Shown piece by piece: positions 10,820-23,525 of a stretch of DNA of 64,000 nt. The stretch's first letter is position 1; every line of letters starts with the position of its first letter. The notes under the pieces were generated by a model, which was not told where the DNA came from, ran no database searches, and worked only from the letters and a program-made list of their open reading frames with translations. The translations under genes and the position numbers were made by a program. The stretch is from Rebecca billardiae RCC1528 (Eukaryota; Protista; Haptophyta): assembly GCA_965240325.2 (NCBI GenBank), contig OZ251227.1, forward strand, positions 2,046,001 through 2,110,000, read 5' to 3'.

Positions 10820-12496
10820 ATGGCGCCTCCGCCCTCCCAGTGGGTGCCACCCCCCACGAGCCTTTTGGACCCTCCCCGAACGCCATCGTTCTCCTCCCCG
10901 ATGAGCCGCGCATCGCCGGGCCAGGCGTCGCGCTTCTTCGAGACAGATGGGCCCGACGTGCTCCGCGAGGAGCTGGACGCATTCTTGCGCACGAGCGCGC
11001 GCAAGGGTGCCTACGAGCAGCAGTGCGCGGCTGCAGTGTGCGTGATTGCTGCGGCCGAGCGCGAGGGTGCAGGGGGTTGCGAGGCGCTGTCCGTGGTGGT
11101 GCGCGAGCTGAACCGGATATACACGAACGTCACCTGTCGCCTGCACGAGAAGCCAGATGCGGCACGCCGCGCACACGCGCGCCAGGAGCTGAACGCGGTG
11201 CGCGCTCAGGCGAAAGCGCTCCTCGCGCAGCGCGACTGCCAGCCGTCCGCTCGCACAGGGACTGGCGGCAAGCCGCGCGCACCGCGCGTGGCGCCGAGCG
11301 CCGCCGAGATTTGGGCGACTGGCGCCGCCGCCTTCGACGTGCTCCGCGCGCACTGCGCCGAGTACCGCTCGACAGGCAGCAGCCGCCACCTGTGCGCGCG
11401 CGGCTGCTACCTGCTGGCGTTTGAGCCCGCGCGCCGGCTGCAGGCGGTGCGGGACGCGCTGGGGGCGGAGGCGGAGGGCGGCTCGTGCGCGGCTGCGGGC
11501 GCGGACGCGCGGCGTCGGTGCGCGCGGCTGTGGCGCGCGGAGCTCGGCGTGCGCCCGCCTCGCGAGGCCGGCCCTTCCGCCGCCGCGCCTCGCTGTGAGT
11601 CCCTGCTTCTGTGCCCGTGCTGCGCGCACACGGGGCGACGGTTTGAGAGCGTGCCCGATGCGCTGAGACACGCCGGGCTGCCTGCGGCGCCGCGCGCGCC
11701 GGCTCCTCCGGCGGGCTTCGCGGACGCGGCGGGTCGCCCATCGGGCTTCGGCACGCCGTGCACGCCCGATCATCGCCCAGCCGGCGGCCCGTGGGAAGAG
11801 GGCACTGGCGCTCGGCTCGGCTCGGGTGGCAGCGGCTCGGCGAGCGATGGCGCTGCCGCCGACGACAGCGCGAGCGACCCTGCTGCTGCCGGCTGTAGCA
11901 CGCCGGGGCGTGGCACGCCATCGCCCCAGCGCCAGGCCAAGCGGCGACGCCCCGCACCACCGTGCCGCGAGCTGCTCAGTCCATACTTCAAGGAGCGCAC
12001 CCCGCGGCGCGGGCTGCGCGCGAGCCGGCTGCAGCGCGCGCCGCCCTCGCCTCTCGGCCTGCTCGAGGAGCTGGTGGCGGAGGACGGGTGGCGGCTGCTG
12101 GTCGTGTGCGTGCTGCTCAACCAGACGACGCGCGCGCAGGTGGACCCCGTGGCGCACGCCCTCTTCGGCGAGTACGCGCACGCGCGCGCGCTCGCCGACG
12201 CGGACGAGGCGCAGCTCGCGAGCCTCCTGCGCCCGCTCGGCCTGCACCAGCGGCGCGCGCGCGGGCTGCGACGGCTGTCCGAGGCGTGGCTCGAGGACGT
12301 GTGGGCGCGGCCGGACGAGCTGCCGGGTGTGGGCAAGTACGGTGCTGACGCGTTTGCGATCTTCCACCTCGGCCGCTGGGACGAGGTCGTGCCGTCAGAT
12401 CACGCGCTGAACTGGTACTGGCGTTGGGTGCGGGGAGAGCTGCCGCTGCTGGCAGCTGGCGACGGCGACGGTATTGAGGCGGCTGCCACTACCTGA
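10820..12496 (+). CDS. MBD4: MBD4-like HhH-GPD DNA glycosylase with degenerate MBD-like segment
   Basis: SPYF, PPSPLGLLEE, WRLLVVCVLLNQT, LRPLGL, LPGVGKYGADAFAIF, PSDHALNWY. Upstream WRAELGVR...GRRFESVPDALRHAGL resembles an MBD fold. Confidence 0.9.
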   Translation: MAPPPSQWVPPPTSLLDPPRTPSFSSPMSRASPGQASRFFETDGPDVLREELDAFLRTSARKGAYEQQCAAAVCVIAAAEREGAGGCEALSVVVRELNRIYTNVTCRLHEKPDAARRAHARQELNAVRAQAKALLAQRDCQPSARTGTGGKPRAPRVAPSAAEIWATGAAAFDVLRAHCAEYRSTGSSRHLCARGCYLLAFEPARRLQAVRDALGAEAEGGSCAAAGADARRRCARLWRAELGVRPPREAGPSAAAPRCESLLLCPCCAHTGRRFESVPDALRHAGLPAAPRAPAPPAGFADAAGRPSGFGTPCTPDHRPAGGPWEEGTGARLGSGGSGSASDGAAADDSASDPAAAGCSTPGRGTPSPQRQAKRRRPAPPCRELLSPYFKERTPRRGLRASRLQRAPPSPLGLLEELVAEDGWRLLVVCVLLNQTTRAQVDPVAHALFGEYAHARALADADEAQLASLLRPLGLHQRRARGLRRLSEAWLEDVWARPDELPGVGKYGADAFAIFHLGRWDEVVPSDHALNWYWRWVRGELPLLAAGDGDGIEAAATT

Positions 12497-12815
12497 ACCG
12501 GTCGTCACCGATGAATGTGGCGAATATAAGTAATGTCTCAGACTCAGTCTCTGTCTCAGGGCGGGATCGGGGATGTCGATGACGTCGCGATGATGACGAT
12601 GACGGCGGCGACCGCGGGCTGATTTTACAGGCTGATAGTGATACTAAGACTAGACTTTTGAGGCGCTGATGATAGGCTGCTAGTGATGGCGCGGACGAAT
12701 ATAAGGCGCGCCATCGATCAAAGGCGCGGCCGCCCGATCGAAAATCTCTATCGTCAGCGGTAGGCTCGGGCGCACAACTCGGTGACATCAACCAATAACG
12801 ACCCGGTTGCGCAGG

Positions 12816-15800
12816 CTATTGCTGTGGGGTCGGCAGCCCGAGGGTGGCCGCTGATGCGCCGATCGGCGGCGGCGAGGGCGCGCCGCCTGCCGCGTCGGGG
12901 CCTACGCCCAGCCCAGCGGCGCACGCGCCCGAAGCGGCCGCGCCGTGCGCTGTCCCCGCGGCCGCGCCGCTCGCCGCGCCCGTGGCCATCGTCGCCTGCC
13001 TGTCTAGCAGCTGGAGGAGCTCCGGCCGGGCCTCGATGTAGCGGAACGCCGCGAGCGCGCGCGCTGCCTGTGGCCCCGCGTCCGCGCTCAGCCGTGCGAC
13101 GAGGGCGGCGCTCGGCCGGCCGCGCTGCGCGGGCGTCGTCCTGAGCTTCGGGTCGTGCACCGCGATCGCGCCCGCGCGCAGCAGCAGCGCCGCGCACGCG
13201 TCGCTCCGAGCGACGGCGGCGAGGTGCAGCGGCGTGTCGCCGTGGAAGTTCGCCGAGTCGAGGCCGACGTCGACGCCGAGCGCGAGCAACGCCGAGACGC
13301 CCGCGGCGCAGCCGGCCCCTGCCGAGAGGTGCAGGGGCAGGTTGCCTCCGATGTCGCGCGCGCGGCACGCGGCGCCGCGCTCGAGGAGCAGCCGCACGCA
13401 CGCGGCCGCGCGCCCGGCGCACGCGCGGTGCAGCGGCGTCGCGCTCGACACGTCGACCGCGTCCACCGCGGCGCCGTGCTCCAGCAGCAGGCGCGCGCAC
13501 CGCTCAGAGCCGCGCGCGGCCGCAACGTGCAGCGCGGACTCGCCGTTCGGTCCGCGCGCGTCCGGCTGCGCGCCGCGCGTGAGCAGCAGCGCCACGCACG
13601 CCGCGTAGCCCGCGTCGCACGCCACGTGCAGCGCCGAGGGCGAGGAGGACGCCGGCCCGGCCGAGCTGTGCGCGCGCGCGTTCGCGTCGACGCCGTGGTC
13701 GAGCAGGAGCGCCGGCACAGCCAGTGAGACGCCGTCCATGGCACACAGCCGCAGCAGAGCGCGCGTGCCGTCCGCGCCCTGGCTCAGCAGCGCCCACGCA
13801 GCCTCCACCATCCCGGCCACGCACGCAGACTCGAGCGCGGACGTGGCGAGCGCGCGGCCGCTCACGCCTGTGCTCTGCTCGAGCTGTGCGAGCAGCGAGG
13901 GGAGGCGCTCGGCGTCGCCGGAGCGGCAAGCGTCTAGGAGCACGCGCTGCGCATCTGCGGCCGCCGCGCCCGCCGCCGCGCCCGCCGCGCCTACCGCCGG
14001 CCCCGCCGAGCCGCCCCCGGGCCCGCCCGCGCCGCCCGCGCCGCCAGGCCTGGGCGCAGCGGTTGCCGGCAGCAGCGCCGGGAACTCGGCGGCCGTGAAC
14101 TCAGCACCGGCCGTGTCCGGCGGCGCGTCGGCGCTGAGCGGCGGCGCGCGCGTGCCCGTGCTCGGCGTGGACGGCGTGAGGGTTGTCGCCATCGACGAGG
14201 GCGCCGAGGACGACGAGCCGAGCTCGGCGCCATGCAAGGCCGCCGCCGCCGCCGCTGCCGCCGCCACGGCGGGCGAGGCTGATGCCGGCGCGCCCGCCGC
14301 CGCCGCCGCCGCCGCCGCGGCGGTCGCCGTTGTTGCCGCTGGCTCGGGCGCGGCGCCAGCGGCCACAGCAGCAGGCGGCGCGCCCACTGCGGCGCCGAGA
14401 CAACCGGCGCTCGCTGGGCGCGCCCCCGCGGCGACAGGCGCGGCCGAAGCCACCGCGCCGCCCTGCGCTGCGCCGCCGCCGCAACCAACGGCCGCGGCCG
14501 CGCGCGCGCCCCCGTGCACGAACGCTGGCAGCCGCTCGGGCGGCGCGCCGGGCGGGCGGCGCGCCTCCGCAGCCAGCCAGCCCTGCGCGTCGCGCAGGCG
14601 CTCGTGCAGCTCGCTCTCGTGCTTGGCGCGCAGCGCCTCCTCGACGCGCGCGCGCACCGCCTTGAACGCGACGGCGTCGAGCGGCAGCCTGGTGCGCGCG
14701 TCCACCACCGTCACACGCCGGTGCGGCTCGGCCGCGAAGCGGTGGCAGGCGCGCGGCGCAGTCGGCTCCACCGCGCCGAGCGCGGCGCCCGACTCGGCGC
14801 CGAGCTCGTCGAGCCGCGAGGGACCGAGCCCGTCGCGCGAGGCGGGCGCGAGCAGGAAGGGCAGCGCCGCGTCGGGCACCCACAGCCCGAGCCGCTCGCC
14901 GTTCAGCTCGTGCACCTGCGTGCGGCACTGCGCGGGCGTCGCCGTGCGCACGATCGCCTCCAGCGAGCGGCGGCACTCGTCGTCAATCGCGGGCGGCGGC
15001 GGCGGCGGCTGCGAGGGCGGCTGCGAGGGCGCGCCGCGCGCGCCGCCGCCGGCGTGCGTGCCGTGCGGCTCGCCGTGCTCGTCGAGCGCTCCCGCCTCGC
15101 CGTTCGGCGGGCCGTTCGGCGCCGCTGCCGACGTGAGCCGCGCCGCCTCGAGCAGCTTGCCCAGCGCATCGAGCGTCTCGGCGGCGGTCGGCGCGGCGGC
15201 GGCCGCGCGCGAGGACACGTGCGCGGAGGAGGCGGACGCGTTCGCTTCGCTCTCGGCGCGCGGGTGGGCGAGGGCGCCGGCGGCGGCGCCGGCCATTCGG
15301 CGCTGGTGCATCTCGGCCAGCGCGAGATCGCGCACGTCCTCGTCGTGCTTCGCGCGCAGCACCTGCTCGATGTGCGCGCGCACGGACCTGAACTCTGCGG
15401 CGGTCAGAGGCTGGCCCCCATACGGGTTGCTCACGTCCACGCGCCGGTACGGCGCGCCGCGGAACTTGTGCGCCGAGTCGGGGCGCGAGGGGTCGAGCGG
15501 CTCCATCATCACCTTGGTCAGGTCGCACAGCTGCTGGATGCGCAGCCCCGCCGGGCCGATCAGGTACGCCATGCAGTGCTCGGGCACCCAGAGCCCGAGC
15601 CGCATGCCGTTGGGCGCGTGCACCTCCGAGCTGTAGACCGGGAGGCGCTTCCTGACCGCCGCCTCCGCCTCGAGCAGCGCGGGCGGGGGCGGCGGGAGCA
15701 TGGGCGGCTGCAGCGGGAGCACGAGCGGCGGCGGCGGCGGCAGCGGCGGCGGCATCGGCTGCATCGGCGGCGGCGGCATCTGCATGCCCGCCATCGCCGC

Positions 15801-16351
15801 CATCGGCGGCCAGCCCAGATGGTGCGCCCACATCAGCGGCGGGATGAAACCGTGCGGCGCGCCGGGCGGGAGCGCGAGGCCGGGCCCCGAGGGCGCGGGC
15901 GGCTCCAGGCTCTGCATGCCCTTGATGTCCGACGCGTGCAGCAGCACGTACTCGCGCGTCACCGCCGAGGGCGGCACCCAGTTCATCGCGCGGCGGTCCT
16001 CGGTGCCATGCGAGCGCGCTGCGCTTGCGCGGCGCGGCCGCGGGGCAGCGCGGGTCCAGGCGCGTGAGCCGCCGCGAGCGGGACGGGCGGTGCGCGCAGC
16101 GGCGCGTCGCATGCACGCTCGGGCGGGGAGCCGCGCGCGCATCTGCCGCGCGACGAGTGCAGCGCATGGTGCGGACGCGAGCGCGCAGCCGCGAACGGAG
16201 CGCGCCGCACGCACGCACGGTCGCACGCGCGCGCACCGTTGCACAGAGTGACGCTGCCGCTCCCCATATCGAAGGAGTACAACATACCCTCGTACCGGAT
16301 GTCCGTGCTCGCCTCGACCAGCGTCACCCGCCTGCCCACCATCCTCTCCAT
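12816..16351 (-). CDS. Lsm14/Scd6-like Sm domain + Pro-rich region + two KH-like domains + ankyrin repeats. Exons 16351-16237 and 16018-12816
   Basis: Intron 16019-16236 (GT..AG) gives MVGRRVTLVEASTDIRYEGMLYSFDMGSGSVTLCNARSHGTEDRR...EYVLLHASDIKGM, the Lsm14 N-terminal signature. KH-like LWVPEHCMAYLIGPAGLRIQQL. Several TPLH/SALH ankyrin units. Confidence 0.85.
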
Positions 16352-16636
16352 GGCCGGCGCGCGGTCGGGGTCGAAGCTGCGACGATGAAAGTTGCCGGCC
16401 ACGCCGCGGGGCTTCCGACCTCGCAGCCGATCTTCGGCCCGCCGCCCGACCCCTGACCGACGCGCACGTGCTGACGAGACATGAAGTGAGTACGGCCGCA
16501 GGCGCTTGGTACGTACGGAGTTACCCACCCCGCGGGGCCGCGAGGATGAGCAGTCGTCGCGTTATTTATCGGAGGGCCTCAGTTGCATCCATCATGGTGG
16601 GCGTCCGCGACCGCTCAGGTTGAGCCGTCGGACCTG

Positions 16637-19600
16637 ATGCCCTCCCGGGTGCCCTCCGAGGCCCAGCCGACGGGCGTGCGGCAGAACCTGGCCTACTCGC
16701 CCGCGCGCAGGCGCGACGCGAAGCGGCAGCAGTTCCCGCCGCCAGCCGACGCAGGCGAGGCGGCCAACGCCCCGCTCGCCGATGTGGAGGTTGTGGGCAG
16801 GGCCGTGACGGGCGGCGAGCCCGCCGGCGCGAGCCGCGCGAGGCGGGTCGACAGCGGCGGCGCAGAGCCGTTCGCCGATGTTGACGAGCTCATCTCCGCG
16901 TGCGAGGTGCAGTTCGCCGGCGTCAACCTCGCCTCGCTCGAGTTCCGCGAGCGCGCCAAGTTTGCGCGCGTCGACGCGCGCGACGAGTCGATGCACGAGC
17001 TGCTCGCGCAGCGGCTCGCGCTGCTGCTGGACAACGAGTGGCAGGTGGACGAGCGCTTCGGCCGGCCCACCGTCGTGATCTCCGTCGCCGGCTCGCAGGA
17101 CGACTTCAACATGTCCCCGCGCATGCGGCGCGCGCTGTGCAACGGCCTGATCCGAGCGGCGCAGACGACCAACGCGTGGATCTTCACGGGCGGGCTGGCG
17201 GCGGGGGTGGACCAGCACGTGGGCGAGGCGCTCGCCTCGCACCCCGACATCGCGTGCATCGGCATGCCCCTCTACGGCGACGTCCTCGGCCGCGAGGCCC
17301 TCGCGCCCCGGCTCGCGCCGCTCGAGCACCACGCGCACCACGCCGGCTCGGGCGGCGCGCGCGAGCGCGAGCGCTTCGCGGAGTACATGTACGGCGCGGA
17401 GCTCAACGCGCTGGGCGAGGCGTCGCGCGTGTGCGCGCTCGAGCCGCACCACTCGCACATCATCGCCGTCGACCTCGGCCGCTCCGGCCGCTCGGCGCGC
17501 AAGCGCGCGCGCGCGTTTGCGTTTGCGTCGCTCCTCGCCTACTGCCGGCACGACGCGGGCGTGCCCGCGGCCGTGCTGCTCGTGCACGGCGACGGGAGCA
17601 CGCTCGCGGCGGCGGTGGACGCGGTGCAGGAGGACGTCCCCGTCGTCGTGCTCGCCGACTCGGGCGGCGCCTCCGCCGCCATCGCCGACTACTTCACCCG
17701 CTCCGCCGAGCACGGGCGCACGCTCGAGCTGCACGCCGCGCACGTGCGCGCCGCGCAGGAGAGCTTGACCAAGGCGCAGGCGGAGGAGGCGGCGCCGACG
17801 CCGACGGCTGTGGGCGCGCGCGCGGGCGTGGGCGGCGGGCGGCGCGCGGTGCGCCGCGCGCGGCAGGCCCTCGACGCCGCGCACCGCGCGCTGCACGAGG
17901 CGCAGCGCTCGCTGCTGCGCGAGGCGGACGGCGTGCGCGCCGCCTTCTCCGGCCACAGCTCGCTCGCGCTGCTGGACGAGCTGCACACGCGCCGCCATCT
18001 GGTGCACGTGCACAGGCTGGAGGCGCAGTCGACGGACGGCGTGGCGCGCTCGCTGCTCCTCGCGGTCACGCGCTCGCCCAAGCTGCCCGAGATGAAGAAG
18101 CTCGAGCTCGCCGTCGTGTGGAACAACCTGGAGATGCTTGGGATGCTCATCTCGTCGGGCGCGGCGCTGCGGCGCGCCGGCTCGGCGGCGGGCGCGGCCG
18201 CGGTGCCGGACAGCACGAGCGCGGCGCTGGTGGCGGAGAAGCACCTGAGCATGTACGCGGCGCTGCAGCTCGCGCTCGAGCTGCAGCGCCACGAGGCCGT
18301 CGCGCTGCTCCTGAGCAACGGCGCGCGCGTCTCGGCCGTCTCGCTCGCGCGGCTGTACAACCTGCGCGAGCGCAACCCGTTCCGGACTTTCGCCGGACTG
18401 CAGGCGAAATTCCGGCGGGCGATGCGGCGCGAGGCGGCGGAGGGCGGCGGGGGCGCGGTGCTGTGGCGAGACATCCGCAGCCTGCGCCGCGCGGGCGACT
18501 CCATCCTCGACCCCTCCGAGTCCTCGGGCGAGCTCGCGTCCACGCAGCGGCTGGAGCGACTCTTCGTCTCAGACGGCCGCTACTTGTTCCTCACGCGGTT
18601 CGTCGAGGCGTACGTGGCGCCCGAGGGGCAGGTGGGGGTGAGGCAGCGCCGCGCGGAGCGCGGCGGGGAGCGCGGCGCGGAGCAGGGCGCGCAGCTGCAC
18701 CGCGCCACGACGGCGCAGCCCTCGGGGCTGCGCCGCGTCCTCTCCTCCTTCGGCCGAACGCTCTCGAGAGAATCCTTCTCGGTGCGCAGCTCAGCCGGCG
18801 CCAACAGGAGCCGCGACGACGCCGGCGCCGGCGACGGGGAGCGCCAGCCGGCAATCGCGGTGCGGGGCTTCTCGTTCGCGGGGCTGCCGCGCACGATCAG
18901 CCGCGCGCTCAGCTCGAGGGCCGCCAGTGCGCCGAGCTGCAAGCTGCGGGACGCGGAGACCGAGCCGCCTGCCGCGCAAGCCGGCGCAGGCTCGGCCGCC
19001 GAGCCCGCCGGCGCGACCTCGGCGGAGGCGCGCGGCGGTGCGCCGACGAGAAGGGGTAGCGGCGGCAGCGGAGGCGGCGGTGCCGCCGCGGACGGCGCGG
19101 ATGGCGCGGCCGCGAACGCCCTCGGCCGCACCGGCAGCTGCAGGCCCCGCGGGCTGAGCGTGTCCGTGGACACCGCGCGCACGGACGTGCGCGTCGCGCC
19201 GCTCGACCTTGAGAGCGCCGGCGGAGACACGCCGCCGCCGACGCCGCCGGCGGCGACGCCGCCGCCGACGCCGCCGTCGGCGACGCCGGCGAGGACGGCG
19301 TCAGCGACGCCGCCGTTGCAGGGCGTGCGCAGCCGCTCGGGTCCCTCCGGACCGCTTCCGCGCTCCTGCTCGGCCTCGCCCGCCCCTGGCCGCGGCGCGG
19401 CCGCGGCGAGCGCGGCCATGGCGCGGCTCGGCTTTGCGTCGCCGCCGCCGGGGCGCGGCGGAGGCGGCGCGCGGCCGGCGCCGCCGGGTCGGCTGCTGCG
19501 GCACCAGCAGTCGATGCTCACGCGGTTCGAGCACGGCACGCGCATCGACGACGTGTTCTTCTGGGCGGTGCTGATGGGCGACCAGGCGCTCGCGACCGCG

Positions 19601-22600
19601 CTGTGGCGCTTCTCGCGCCGGCACATCCGGCTCGCTCTGCTCGCGTCCGACACGTGCCGTCGCATGATGAGCGTCACCTCTCAGGGGCGCAAGCACGCGC
19701 ACGAGATCGCGCCGATGGCGGCGTACTGGGAGGGCGTGGCGACGGAGGTGCTGGAGGAGGTGCGCCCCGCGGCGAAGGACCGGCGCACCGTCTTCGAGGT
19801 CGCCGAGCGCGTCCTCCTCAACACGGTCGGCGGCGCGCCCGCCGTCGAGCTCGCGCTCAAGCTGGGCGCCAAGACGTTCAATGGCCACCGCTCGTGCCAG
19901 CTCATCACCGCGCGCAGCTGGGCGGGGGTGTCGCGCACGCTGCGGCTGCGGCTGGAGGACGACAACGCGTCGCACGGGCAGGTGATCACCAAGATGCTGC
20001 TGCCCTTCGAGTGGGCCGACGACTGCGCCGACATGCTCGGCCTTTCCGGCTGGATCGCCAAGGTGATGGCGAACCGGCGCGGCGCGGCGCGTGCGTCGAT
20101 GAGCGCGGCCGGCAGCGGCGCGCGGCTCCGGCTCGCGCACGGCGACAGCGACGAGATGGACAGGCTCGCCGACAGCGTGGTGGCCTTCGGAGGAGACGCG
20201 GACGACGACGATGCCGACGACGACGACGACGACGACGACGACTCGTCCGCCGACGCCTCGAGCGACGGCAGCGACGCCGAGTCGGACGTCGGCCGCTTGC
20301 GCAAGCGGCAGCAGGCCATGTTCTGGCACGTGTACTCGATCCCCGCCATCAAGTTCTGGGCGCGCGCGGTGGTGACGAACGGCGGCAGCACGCTGCTGCT
20401 CGTGCTGCTCGTCACCTCCACGCGCATCTCGATGCCGCACGCGCTGAGCGAGTGGCCGCACATGGGGCAGGGCACGCTCGAGGGCCTGCTCGGCTTCTGG
20501 GTGCTCGGGCTGGCGCTCGACTTTGCGGAGGCGCGCGGCCGGCGCACGCGCTGGATGGCGCGCACCGGGCTCGCGCCGGTGGGCGGGCAGACGCTCGAGC
20601 CGATGCAGCTGCTGATCCTCTTCTCGCTCCTGGTCGTGCGCGCGCTCTACCTCTCGTGCGCCGCGCTCGGCCTCCCCGGCTGGTGGCGCGCCAACGACTC
20701 GATGACGGAGTGGATCTTCCCCGTGCTCGTGGGCGCGGCAAACCTCTCGTGCTTCTACCGCTTTCTGATCGAGACCCTTCTGGTCTTCCAGCAGGGCGGG
20801 CTGCTGGTGATCACGGCGGGGTACATGGTGCGCGAGAACCTGCTGCAATGGCTGGTCGTGATGGCGCTGGTGCTCTGCGCCTTCGGCCTCGCCTTCACCG
20901 CCATCATCGCCAACTACCCGTACGGCGACGACGAGTGCGAGGCCACGTCCCCGTGGCTGACGGGGCAGTCGCCCGCGCCCAACCTGCTGGCGTGGGCGCT
21001 GCCGATGCTCGGCGTGGGGCGCGAGGAGGTGCCGCCCGCCGCGAGCGCGGGCGCGAGCGCGGGCGCGCACGCGAGCGCGCCCGACGCCGCGCTCGCGGGC
21101 GTGTGCGAGCGCCCCGTCTCGGCGAGCGCGGGGCTGGTCGGACTGTGGGCGCTGTTTGGCGAGTTCGACCCGACCGCGCTTGAGCAGACGCGGCCGGTCG
21201 CGCCGCTCGTGCTGCTCGTCGTGCTGCTGGTGATCTGCCAGATCCTGCTGCTCAACCTGCTGATCGCGCTGATGGCGGAGACGGTCGCGACGGTGCTCCG
21301 CAACGCCGCCATCGAGTGGAAGTACCAGTTCGCCGTGCTCGTCGACTACTACAGGGCGGTGGTCGCGCCGATGCCGCCACCCTTCAACCTGCTCGAGCTC
21401 TGGTGGCGGCTTGGTGCGGAGCTCTGGCTGCGGCTGGGGCGCGCGCTGCGCGCGCGGCCGGACGGCGGGCGCATCCGCCGGCATCGCACGTTCACCGCCG
21501 CGCTCCGCGCGGGCGCGCAGCTCGAGAAGCAGCAGCAGCAGCAGCCCTTCTCCGACTCGGAGGCGGCGCATGCCACGCAGGACGAGATCCGAGCCTTCCA
21601 CGCGTACGTGAGGAGGCGCGAGGAGCGCGAGCGCGCGCAGACGGGCGCGCGCTTCGACAGCCTGCAGCGCGTCGCGGACGGGCTGGACGTGCGTCAGATG
21701 GAGGAGCGCGACGCGACACAGCGCGCGGCGGCCATGCTCGACGAGCACGTGCGCTGGGCGCGCGAGCGTGCCGACCGCGTGCCGGACGCGCCCATCCGGC
21801 GCGCGCGCGGCGGCGCGGGCCCGCCCGCGGCGCGCGCGCGGCTGCACACGCACGCTCGCTCCGAGGCGCACCCGCGCTTGGTGGGCAAGCGCGCGCACGT
21901 GCCGGACGCGCGCGTGCCGTGGGAGGAGCCGTTCCCGCTGTACGAGCCCGTCGAGTTCACCGCGGCCGAGCTGCTCAGCGACGCGGCCGACGTGGCGGCG
22001 GGCCGCGCCGCGCTCTCGCCGTGGGAGGCAGACCCGCCCGACGCGCCGCAGATCGACTTCTCGCGCCGCTTCTCGGCGGCGCGGATGCCGATCGCGCTCT
22101 CGGCGGTCGGCCGCCCTCTGAACCCGCACGGCCGCACCGGCACGGCCGGGCGCGGCGTGCTGCCCAAGTGGGGGCCCAACCACGTGCGCGCCGCGCCACT
22201 CGCGCGCGCGCGCGCGCGCGTCGCGCCTCCGCCGCGCAGAGCGCGCGCGCGCGCGGCTCGGCGCTCACGCTCGCGCACCGCACCACGCCCTCCGCGCGCG
22301 CGCAGGGCGTGACCGCCCTCTTCGCGCGCTTCGAGGAGCGCAGCGGCACGTTCCGAGCGCTCGTCGTGCGCACGCCCGCCAGCAGCATGTGGGGCCTGCC
22401 CAGCGGGCTCGTCGCGTTCGACGAGCAGCCGGCCGAGGAGGCGGAGGAGGGCGGCGGCGGCAAGCTGCCGCCGCGGCGGCGCAGCACGTGGGCGACCGCT
22501 GCGCTCGCGGACGCGTCGCAGCTGCACGGCGAGGCGCTCGAGGAGCTGATCGACCTGCACTTTGGCGGCACCTCCAACAGACCCGGCCGGCACGGCAAGG

Positions 22601-22881
22601 AGGTGCCGGGCGCGGCCGGGTACGTTGACGACGAGCGCAACACGGACCACGCGTGGGTCGAGGCGACCGTGCGCCTCTTCGTCGTCGGAGACGACCCGGT
22701 CGGCCGGCTGCCGGAGATCGGCGACAGGCGCGGCTCCGAGGCGCCGCCCGCCGACGCGCTCTTCCAGTGGGTCGACGTGGACCGCTCGGAGCTCGCGCGC
22801 GGCTCGGTGGGCGAGCTGCGCGCCGAGACGACCGAGTACCTGCACCTCGCGCGCCCGCTGCTGCCGTGGAAGCACCTGTGA
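16637..22881 (+). CDS. TRPM2: TRPM2-like cation channel (SLOG/MHR region, TM/pore, TRP helix, NUDT9-homology domain). Exons 16637-22183 and 22306-22881
   Basis: SLOG motifs VISVAGSQDDF, GLIRAAQTTNAWIFTGG and LEPHHSHII. Pore LFGE. LLNLLIALM..WKYQF..PPPFNLL. NUDT9H motifs RPLNPHGRTG.AGRG.LPKWGPNH and GYVDDERNTDHAWVE. Intron 22184-22305 restores the frame. Confidence 0.9.
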
Positions 22882-23135
22882 GTGTGAGGCCGCTGCACGG
22901 GGTGTAACTAGTTGATCAGGAGCCGTGGCGCTCTGTCTGTGCTACTCAGTGATGGCAATGGTGCGGCGGGGCGCGCGAGGGCGGAGGGCGCCTAGTGCAG
23001 GACGCCAGTGACACATGATGTAGTGCTCGCTGCCGGCTCCGTCTCTGCTCTCTCCGTAGCTAATAAGCTATAGCTAGACACAGTGAGTACGCACTCGTAT
23101 CTGATCCGTGACATCCGATGTGCGGATGGCACTGT

Positions 23136-23258
<123 letters not shown>

Positions 23259-23525
23259 GTCATCGTCGTCATTAGTCGTGTTCAAACGTGCGCGTAGATC
23301 GGTCGTCGGGGCGTCGTCAGCGAAAATACACGATACGGCCGGCGGTCGGAAGCGCGCGCGTAGTAACTCCGCTTGGCTGATGATGCCTGATGAGTGATGG
23401 CATCACGTCACGCGCCGCCACATCGCGCCGCCGCCGCCGCGTGGAGTCGTCGCGACGACCACCCCGCGGCTAAAGGCCATTTGAGTCCCTGCACGGGTGT
23501 CGCGCTCGCCGTGTGTGCGTGCGGG

